The notes beneath the pieces were generated by a model. It did no database searches, was not told where the DNA came from, and worked only from the letters and a program-made list of their open reading frames with translations. A program made the translations under genes and the position numbers. Below are positions 44,733 through 51,023 of a stretch of DNA of 64,000 nt, piece by piece. Each line of letters starts with the position of its first letter. The first letter of the stretch is position 1. Origin of the DNA: a virus; IMG/VR virus record IMGVR_UViG_3300031965_000022, positions 1 to 64,000 of that record. One strand, written 5' to 3'.

Positions 44733-45199
44733 GGCTTGCTCCTTTTCAGTGCGGCCTCTGCCTGGAACCACGCGGCATCCCTGGCATCCTTCAATGACTC
44801 GGGGTTATCCTCGTCCTCTGGGTGCCAGCCATCCTCATAGACCAAGCAGAGCCTTTCCAGTGCGGCTATCAAGAACGGGGCGCGCTGGCGGGTTATTTCG
44901 GCTTCGGCCTCGCGTAGCTTAATGGACACCCGGCCCGCAATCTGATTCCAGCGTTCACGCTCCTCTTTGGCGTCAGTAATGGCCTCAACCATGATCTGGT
45001 ACTGGCACGCGGAAGCGTCCACCACCGCTTCGCTATCCTTCGGTATCGTGCTAGAGATCAGCAGTGCTCGGCACCCGCACGTGGGGCTTGCACCCTGTAC
45101 GGCCCGCTTCTCCGCCGCCAGTTGCCTCTCGGCCATCTCCTCGGTTACCTTGTCCTGCCGAAACTGTGCCGGTTCCGTGTCGGGGAATTCGTCACGCAT
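44729..45199 (-). CDS. hypothetical coiled-coil protein
   Basis: ATG 45199 (GTG 45202 alternative) behind AGGAGG. Confidence 0.55.
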   Translation of the reverse strand: MRDEFPDTEPAQFRQDKVTEEMAERQLAAEKRAVQGASPTCGCRALLISSTIPKDSEAVVDASACQYQIMVEAITDAKEERERWNQIAGRVSIKLREAEAEITRQRAPFLIAALERLCLVYEDGWHPEDEDNPESLKDARDAAWFQAEAALKRSKP

Positions 45200-45392
45200 C
45201 ACGCCTGCCTCCTACCTCCCGGAATTTTCTCAGCCCCCGCCTGATGCCATCACGGAAAGCGTAATTGTACCCGTCCCATTGCCCGTGCGGTTCAGCCGTA
45301 ATTTCGTCGAACGCCTCCCGCGACTTCACATCGTTGCGGCGGTCTGGCTTGCTCGGCTCTCGACGATCTCCGCGCATTCGCCTATCGCTCAT
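45192..45392 (-). CDS. basic small protein
   Basis: ATG 45392 in ATGA overlap, GGAGGA SD. Confidence 0.5.
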   Translation of the reverse strand: MSDRRMRGDRREPSKPDRRNDVKSREAFDEITAEPHGQWDGYNYAFRDGIRRGLRKFREVGGRRDA

Positions 45393-45595
45393 TTTTCCTC
45401 CCCGCAGTCGCAATCCTCGATGATTGTATGCCCGCAAATCCTCTCGGTCAGGAAAGGGAAGAGTGCGGCATCCAGACTATTCAGTTGCCACTCGCTCGGA
45501 CGATACCCAGAGCGGAATTGCCCCAACACCTTTTCGGCAGCTTCAACCAGCCTAGAGGTACACCTTGCGACATCGACAGTATTGTTGTCATTCAT
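45389..45595 (-). CDS. hypothetical protein
   Basis: ATG 45595 (MNDNNT) behind GGAGGAGGAGG. Confidence 0.5.
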   Translation of the reverse strand: MNDNNTVDVARCTSRLVEAAEKVLGQFRSGYRPSEWQLNSLDAALFPFLTERICGHTIIEDCDCGEEK

Positions 45596-45731
45596 AACCC
45601 CTCCTCCTCCGCAATCCTCCGGGACACTTCGGACCATCTGGCCAGAGCCGATCTTCCAAGTAGGCGCGGGCCGTCTCTTGGTCCGGGAACAAGTCAAACA
45701 GTTCAAAGGTGCTGATTGTGCTTTTGCTCAT
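45588..45731 (-). pseudogene. fragment resembling the N-terminal zinc-ribbon domain of IS1595-type transposases
   Basis: MSKSTISTFELFDLFPDQETARAYLEDRLWPDGPKCPGG... matches the F..FP.d..a..yLe..RWP.G..CP.CG pattern but stops after the first Cys-Pro. Confidence 0.35.
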
Positions 45732-45736
45732 TTCGC

Positions 45737-45952
45737 TTACCGGTCTCTCCTTACTGGAGCCACGCCACGAATCGCGACAAACCCGCCGCGAAATCCCATT
45801 CGGATCGCAAGGTCCTTTATCGAACCACCACCAATTTTATTTGATGGATAATTGATAACGGAACGCCATAGAAGCTCCCAGTCTTCCTCCGTAAACTTGA
45901 GAGGTCCCGGTTTGCGTCTAGTGGACTTGGCACTGATTGTGGATTTACTCAT
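45737..45952 (-). CDS. hypothetical protein
   Basis: ATG 45952; shares the N-terminus MSKSTIS with the 45588..45731 fragment. Confidence 0.5.
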   Translation of the reverse strand: MSKSTISAKSTRRKPGPLKFTEEDWELLWRSVINYPSNKIGGGSIKDLAIRMGFRGGFVAIRGVAPVRRDR

Positions 45953-46307
45953 GCCCACTTCCCCTCACGAACGGGACGGGGGATAGGAGAGCACGGGCTT
46001 TGGACAAAACAGAATGCGGGACATGCTCATAGTCCGTGGCACTCAACCGTTCATATGACACGGCAGAATCACACACAAGCCGGAGAGCACGTACGGCATC
46101 GTCGTAGGCGGCTTGGAGAACTCGCAACTGGATCGCCAACGCATCGGAAACTCCTTTCCAGTGATCTCGTTGTTCGCGGCACGCGACAATCTGAGTCTGG
46201 AAAATCGCCTCGTTTAATTCATGTGACGGGTCGAATGCTGGGCATTTGTCATCTGGAAAACTGCATTTCAGTCCGCCTTGATGTGTGTGCGTATATTCTT
46301 CGTTCAT
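45945..46307 (-). CDS. hypothetical protein
   Basis: ATG 46307 with AGGAGG 6 nt upstream. Confidence 0.55.
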   Translation of the reverse strand: MNEEYTHTHQGGLKCSFPDDKCPAFDPSHELNEAIFQTQIVACREQRDHWKGVSDALAIQLRVLQAAYDDAVRALRLVCDSAVSYERLSATDYEHVPHSVLSKARALLSPVPFVRGSGHE

Positions 46308-46329
46308 TTGTGGCCTCCTGTTTCGCCGC

Positions 46330-46620
46330 TCATCGCTCACGCTCCTTCCACTCGCTCAGTTTGGCGTCCATCGCCTTATCGTAAGCCGCCTCGTCCTCGT
46401 CTCGGGCGTGGGCGTTGATTTCGTCTGCGACCTGCTCCGGCGTCATGGCATCACTACACTCTTCACAGGGGCAGTAGGACGGGCCGCACAACCCTACATG
46501 CCACGGATGGTCGCACTCGGCGCAAAGTTCCGGGTGCCCATGCGCGTCAAGGTAGGCACAAGCAGGACACCGCTCAATGTGTCGCTGCAACCCCTCGCCG
46601 GTATAGGCTTCGTAACTCAT
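46330..46620 (-). CDS. Cys/His-rich hypothetical protein
   Basis: ATG 46620 (MSYEAYT), GGGAGGA SD; CPAC...CAEC...CPCEEC. Confidence 0.55.
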   Translation of the reverse strand: MSYEAYTGEGLQRHIERCPACAYLDAHGHPELCAECDHPWHVGLCGPSYCPCEECSDAMTPEQVADEINAHARDEDEAAYDKAMDAKLSEWKERER

Positions 46621-46817
46621 CAGTCCTCCCCCAGTATCACATGCCGCCAACCTTCAGCACCAATAAAAAGGTCATCGAGGCCATAGGCATCGAGGGCTAT
46701 TTCTAACTCATCCAAATGCCGAAACACTTTTAATATTTCGGTTGGTGTTGCGGCCCCTACCATTACTTTACCGCGTATAATATTTAAGTCCTTACTTGAC
46801 AAGAATCCGTGTTTCAT
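46620..46817 (-). CDS. hypothetical protein
   Basis: ATG 46817 overlapping the upstream TGA. Confidence 0.5.
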   Translation of the reverse strand: MKHGFLSSKDLNIIRGKVMVGAATPTEILKVFRHLDELEIALDAYGLDDLFIGAEGWRHVILGED

Positions 46818-47212
46818 CACCGCCCCCCGCGCTGCTTGTGAATCTTGAGGATGATCGCATACACCGCAAGGTCCATTAGGTTGTCGGCCTCAGACTCGAA
46901 GTTGTTGGACGCACCATAATGGAGGTTGACGATCCGTTGGAGCTTGTCGGTCATCCGCGTCAGGATGCCGTCAGCGGTGGTCAACCGCCCATGACTGAGG
47001 TGCTCGATGAGACGGAAGTTTGCCAGTGCGTCATCGTCATTAGCGTAGCTGGAGTTCTTACCGTCGGTCAACGCCGCCAGCGCAGTTACCTCATCACGGA
47101 ACAGCTTGGTGTAGTCGGCGCGGGGGATTGTTTGGGACTCTCGCTGGCGCTCCCGGACGGACGCTACCGCCTCACCGTCGGTTAACTTTTCTGCTAGGTT
47201 TCGGTCGGTCAT
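46817..47212 (-). CDS. all-alpha MazG-like / DUF1599-like protein
   Basis: KNSSYANDDDALANF ... DKLQRI ... ESEADNLMDLAVYA pattern recalled for DUF1599/MazG-type NTP-PPase folds. Confidence 0.5.
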   Translation of the reverse strand: MTDRNLAEKLTDGEAVASVRERQRESQTIPRADYTKLFRDEVTALAALTDGKNSSYANDDDALANFRLIEHLSHGRLTTADGILTRMTDKLQRIVNLHYGASNNFESEADNLMDLAVYAIILKIHKQRGGR

Positions 47213-47739
47213 CGAGCCTCCTCCAAAGAAGTAAAGATTAAGTCAGAGGGAAGATTCATCCCCCAGGTGAACCAACAGGAACCCATGTTAGGTGAAGATG
47301 CCCTAGATACCCCTCCACCCGCGAATCTCAAAAACTGAATGCGCTTGTCTGGGACAATAAGTTGAACCCCGTGGACCCTAAAAAGGGCTGTCCTGTGCTT
47401 ATTGACCAGATCACAAGGAAGGAGCAATGCAAACGGACGCCCCAAGGCGTAGCACCGAGCTAAAAATTCCGTCTTTTGTGTATAGGGTGGGTTAGTAACA
47501 ATAGCATCAACCTCTTGCCACTCAAGAGGAAGCGATGACAGAGCATCTAACCCCGTTGAAATATCGGACGCTACAACTTCCCACCCGCCACGCAACAGCA
47601 CAGCAGAAATGGCCCCAAAGCCGCAGCAAGGTTCCCAAATCTTTTTGAACGGCTTTAGATAAGGAAGCAACAGGTTTGTGGCTTCAGGTGGTGTCCCATA
47701 CAAGTCTGTGCTGTTCTTTGCCTTGGCGTTAAAAACCAT
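47209..47739 (-). CDS. DNA methyltransferase (NPPY type, N6-A or N4-C)
   Basis: motif I EPCCGFGAIS, motif IV TNPPY; start 47739 or 47760; low-G+C island. Confidence 0.7.
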   Translation of the reverse strand: MVFNAKAKNSTDLYGTPPEATNLLLPYLKPFKKIWEPCCGFGAISAVLLRGGWEVVASDISTGLDALSSLPLEWQEVDAIVTNPPYTQKTEFLARCYALGRPFALLLPCDLVNKHRTALFRVHGVQLIVPDKRIQFLRFAGGGVSRASSPNMGSCWFTWGMNLPSDLIFTSLEEAR

Positions 47740-47746
47740 AACTCCC

Positions 47747-47998
47747 TCAATAAGCCACATCCACCAAAAATCTCAGCGCCATCGCCGCCACTTGGACGGC
47801 CTCCGCCCGGAGTTTAACCGGGTCGCGCTTGGCGGGGTTCTTCCACACCTCCGCCTTAAGTTCGTCCATCTCCTCAAGAAGGATCGCATAGCCCTCGTGG
47901 GCGGAGCGGAAGGGCGGGAACTTGGACACTGCCGCCTCCAACTCCGCTTCGATGTCCAACAGCCCCCGCTCAACGCGGGCGTTCATGGTATCCTGCAT
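47747..47998 (-). CDS. MazG-like nucleotide pyrophosphohydrolase (small)
   Basis: HEGYAILLEEMDELKAEV motif; ATG 47998 behind GGAGGA and 24 nt below motif copy 48023-48048. Confidence 0.6.
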   Translation of the reverse strand: MQDTMNARVERGLLDIEAELEAAVSKFPPFRSAHEGYAILLEEMDELKAEVWKNPAKRDPVKLRAEAVQVAAMALRFLVDVAY

Positions 47999-48022
47999 AA
48001 TCCAATCCTCCATTGCAAGTAA

Positions 48023-48048
48023 GATGCCCCGGCGCTCAGTGGGGTTGT
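48023..48048 (-). promoter_or_regulatory. phage bipartite motif CAACCC-N14-GCATC (candidate promoter)
   Basis: GATGC(48023-48027)-N14-GGGTTG(48042-48047). Confidence 0.6.
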
Positions 48049-48084
48049 ATCGGTAGCGCTCCTCCCAGAGACGGGAGAGGCGGG

Positions 48085-48792
48085 CTAACTCGACTTTAGC
48101 GCGGGTGCCCATTGGAAGAGGCGCTCCGTTCGATACACAAGAGGTTTGCCCGCACCTCGATTCATATCCAGCTTTGTGGGTATTTCCAAAACGCACACGA
48201 AGTCCTCAGGGGCCGCATACTCTGAAATTATAACGGTGTTGTTCTGTGATAGATACCTTGCGTGCTCCCAAAAATCCACCCAGTTAAACTTGGTCGTGGC
48301 ATCGTATCCCGTTGTTGCGGCGTAAGGGGGGTCACAGTATATTAAGGCATTGGACGCAGTAAAGGCGCGATAGTCACAATGATAAAGTTGTACACCCTCT
48401 AAACGAGGCTTGAGCTTCCTAAACCCATTAACGGCGTTCAGGGCATAATTCCGATAGTGTGTTTTAGCCCTCGCGTAGCCACCAAACCACTTTCCCGCAA
48501 ACGAACACGCAAACCCTACGAAGCCTCGTAGAGCAGAGGGAGGAGCGTTTTTCATCTCGCAGTACTCCTCCTCAGTAACGGTCTCAGGGGGCATCCATCC
48601 CCCTTGTAATGCCTGATACAACAAAATCAAATCCTCACAAAGATCAGACGCTTGTCTAGGGTTCTCCATCAGGACCAGCACACTTGCACCACCTACAAAG
48701 GGCTCTATATATAACTGCCCCGGCTTCCGCACCGACCGGAGGTAAGCGGCGATCTTTTTAGCTATTCGTGACTTTCCACCAAGATACTGCAC
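48085..48792 (-). CDS. dam: DNA adenine methyltransferase (Dam, D12 class)
   Basis: N-terminal YLGGKSRIAKKI, FVGGASV, DPPY motif; GTG start; low-G+C island. Confidence 0.85.
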   Translation of the reverse strand: MQYLGGKSRIAKKIAAYLRSVRKPGQLYIEPFVGGASVLVLMENPRQASDLCEDLILLYQALQGGWMPPETVTEEEYCEMKNAPPSALRGFVGFACSFAGKWFGGYARAKTHYRNYALNAVNGFRKLKPRLEGVQLYHCDYRAFTASNALIYCDPPYAATTGYDATTKFNWVDFWEHARYLSQNNTVIISEYAAPEDFVCVLEIPTKLDMNRGAGKPLVYRTERLFQWAPALKSS

Positions 48793-49226
48793 TACTCACC
48801 CCCACCAACAAGTACCAACTCCACTCCCGCCTCCGCAAACATCAAGGATGCGAGGGCAAAATCCTCCTGCCACCTAGGGTTGTCCGAGGCCGGGGCGACG
48901 CATCTCACGATCCCCACTTGAATGACCATCGCAGCACACGGAGCACAGGACATGAAGGGCCAAGTGTATAGGGTACACCCCCTCAGCAGCTCCCTTGCAT
49001 ACAACATGGCGTTGCGCTCGCAGTGGACCATCATGGCGTACTTTGTCTTTCGGTCCTCAAGGCGTTCAGGGGTGTCAGCCACACCAGCAGCAAAACCGTT
49101 GTACCCCAATGACACCACTTGGCGGCCTTTGGTGATGACGGCCCCAGTCTTTGTGCTGGGGTCCTTAGACCAAAGAGAGACGTAGCGAGCTAGGTCTAGG
49201 AATCGCTGATCCCACTTAGACACCAT
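48792..49226 (-). CDS. dCMP (deoxycytidylate) deaminase
   Basis: zinc motifs VHCERNA and SCAPCAAMV; ATG 49226 behind AAGAGG. Confidence 0.8.
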   Translation of the reverse strand: MVSKWDQRFLDLARYVSLWSKDPSTKTGAVITKGRQVVSLGYNGFAAGVADTPERLEDRKTKYAMMVHCERNAMLYARELLRGCTLYTWPFMSCAPCAAMVIQVGIVRCVAPASDNPRWQEDFALASLMFAEAGVELVLVGGGE

Positions 49227-49314
49227 GATCGACCTCTTTCTTCTGCTTTGGCCCCCCAACCTTCAACCGCGCCATCAGGGCTGAGGCCCGCAATGCAAAG
49301 ATCGCCTGACAGCC

Positions 49315-49340
49315 GGTGCAGGAAGCTCGGGGCGGGTTGG
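49315..49340 (-). promoter_or_regulatory. weak near-copy of the bipartite motif (CAACCC-N14-GCACC)
   Basis: GGTGC(49315-49319)-N14-GGGTTG(49334-49339); 88 nt upstream of ATG 49226. Confidence 0.25.
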
Positions 49341-49382
49341 TGCCGTTGTATCGAGGGTGCTTTTGGCACGAGACTTTGAGAC

Positions 49383-49811
49383 TCATTTGATCTCCACAAG
49401 TGGACAGATTTTACTGTGGCGGGCGGCGCGGTAGTCGCGTATGACTCGGAGAGGTTCTTGAAACCTTGAGAAACCCTCCTCTAGCCCCCACCACAACCCC
49501 AACCCACCCCCAAAAGTCACTGCTACGGTTCCAACTATTAACCCCAACTTCCACCAAAAGGCCCACCCATCTACCCAAGCCGCTTCTACGAAAAGGGCTA
49601 AAAGGATACCTCCCAGTGCTGCACCCAGAAACCCGATATACGGGGGGATGGACCAGCTATTCTTCCCACAAAAGAACCACCGCAGCGGTGCCCACACCAC
49701 TAGCACCCGGACAAAGTGGCATAAGTTCATCTGTGGGGGCCGGACACCTCCACGAGCCTCCCACCCCCCGTACCAGCAGCCCAACAGACCATCTTTGTTT
49801 ATTATCAGCAT
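49383..49811 (-). CDS. integral membrane protein
   Basis: ATG 49811 behind AAGGAGGA; several hydrophobic Trp-rich segments. Confidence 0.6.
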   Translation of the reverse strand: MLIINKDGLLGCWYGGWEARGGVRPPQMNLCHFVRVLVVWAPLRWFFCGKNSWSIPPYIGFLGAALGGILLALFVEAAWVDGWAFWWKLGLIVGTVAVTFGGGLGLWWGLEEGFSRFQEPLRVIRDYRAARHSKICPLVEIK

Positions 49812-49860
49812 CACCGTCCTCCTTCGCCTTTTGTTCGCCCCCACTCTCCGCGTCGCGGGA

Positions 49861-50003
49861 AAGGGGTTTTTGCGGTACGAAGGGAGTAACCGGCTTGTAA
49901 GCGCCCTTCGTACCCCAGGTCGTGAAACCCCTTAAGAAACACGTTGCCTGGCTTTGAGTGACGCTGCATCCGGCTTCCCCTCTTCGTACCACAGAAACCC
50001 CTT
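49861..50003. repeat. three copies (one inverted) of AAGGGGTTTC-N-GGTACGAAG(G)G able to form alternative long hairpins
   Basis: 49861-49884 forward; 49904-49933 and 49977-50003 reverse complement; nested 9-bp plus 11-bp pairing between the first two. Confidence 0.65.
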
Positions 50004-50028
50004 CCTTCAGCGGACCCCATCGACCCCG

Positions 50029-50370
50029 TCACAGATTCTTTTCGATAAGGTCGGCGATTTCCTCGAAGCTGCGCGGAAGTTCATCGCCTATCCCATCGTT
50101 GTACTTTGTTGCCGAACCGCTTGGGCTGATGAGTGGGTCACGGTTTTTGAGCCCCGCCCATACAACCACCTCGGAAGATAACGTGCCGTGTGTGTGGATG
50201 TAGTCCTGGATCACCTTCGACCGCTTCGCCAACTCCATCAGCACTCCGAGGCAACAAAAGGTATCGCCTTGCCGCAGAACCCCACGGCACTGTTTGAACT
50301 TGCCGCTGCGGAGCGCCCGCAACCAACGGGCCTTAACCTTGGGATTCATCGGTGTCAGTTTGGTCTCCAT
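50029..50370 (-). CDS. hypothetical protein (LRSG..Q....L......CCLGVL family)
   Basis: ORF track; similar core (GGCALGAI) in 56775..57320. Confidence 0.6.
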   Translation of the reverse strand: METKLTPMNPKVKARWLRALRSGKFKQCRGVLRQGDTFCCLGVLMELAKRSKVIQDYIHTHGTLSSEVVVWAGLKNRDPLISPSGSATKYNDGIGDELPRSFEEIADLIEKNL

Positions 50371-50394
50371 TTCGTCATCTCCCTTCCTTCAAGA

Positions 50395-50481
50395 TCAGAA
50401 GCCGCAACCCCCAAAACCCCACCACAACCCCACCGCAACTTCAAGGAGCCATGTGGCGATGATGAGCGGGGTGTCGTGCAT
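50395..50481 (-). CDS. micro TM peptide (28 aa)
   Basis: MHDTPLIIATWLLEVAVGLWWGFGGCGF; not in ORF track. Confidence 0.25.
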   Translation of the reverse strand: MHDTPLIIATWLLEVAVGLWWGFGGCGF

Positions 50482-50682
50482 CGCTTATTCCACCTTTGCG
50501 GCCTTGAGCCGCTTGAGTGTCTCGCCGGTTTGGAAGCCAGCAAGATATTGGGTGTCCGAAGTAAATCCCAGCCATTCCTGAACATCCTGTAGAGGTTGGA
50601 AGAGGTTCCTCTCAAGAACGTGAGGAAAAAGAAATTGGCGTGCCTCATAGCTGCCGCGCAACTGCGCGACTTTGGCTGCCGG

Positions 50683-50787
50683 TCAGAGCAAAATCCTTCG
50701 CCCCTCTTTAACCGCCCAACGAAACCTAGCCCTTGTGTCGGTCAGTGTCGCCCGCTTGGCTGCTCGTTTCTCAGCTTTGGTCAGCAT
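50683..50787 (-). CDS. basic micro-protein (34 aa)
   Basis: GGAGGA SD; 20 nt below motif copy 50808-50833. Confidence 0.35.
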   Translation of the reverse strand: MLTKAEKRAAKRATLTDTRARFRWAVKEGRRILL

Positions 50788-50807
50788 GATTTCCTCCTAT
50801 CCCTTCA

Positions 50808-50833
50808 GATGCCCCGGAGGCCGTCGGGGTTGC
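50808..50833 (-). promoter_or_regulatory. phage bipartite motif CAACCC-N14-GCATC (candidate promoter)
   Basis: GATGC(50808-50812)-N14-GGGTTG(50827-50832). Confidence 0.6.
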
Positions 50834-50939
50834 CTCCGCACCCCGCTGTAACTGCTGCACATCTTGTTCCAACATCTCTCGCAAGAGCGCAAACAGTAAC
50901 CCCACCTCCTCCTCAGTCGTAGCCCCCAATTCCTCCAGA

Positions 50940-51005
50940 CTACCACTCCCAAGGTAACTTCTCCTGTTGAGAAGCAGCAGCAAGCATTTCATCTAAACTA
51001 CTCAT
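50940..51005 (-). CDS. micro-ORF (21 aa); alternative is ORF 50771..50992
   Basis: AAGGAGGA 6 nt upstream of ATG 51005; 21 nt below motif copy 51027-51052. Confidence 0.25.
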   Translation of the reverse strand: MSSLDEMLAAASQQEKLPWEW

Positions 51006-51023
51006 GTGTTATCCTCCTTCACA

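Noticed and set aside
49657-50032. ORFs of 73-111 aa across the 49844-50029 gap
   Set aside because: They are built from the inverted copies of the AAGGGGTTTC..GGTACGAAG element, and their sequences are implausible for proteins.
50683-50685. In-frame TGA as evidence for an alternative genetic code
   Set aside because: TGA, TAA and TAG all terminate well-supported genes, many of them in ATGA overlaps. Large conserved genes (polymerase, terminase) are uninterrupted under the standard code.
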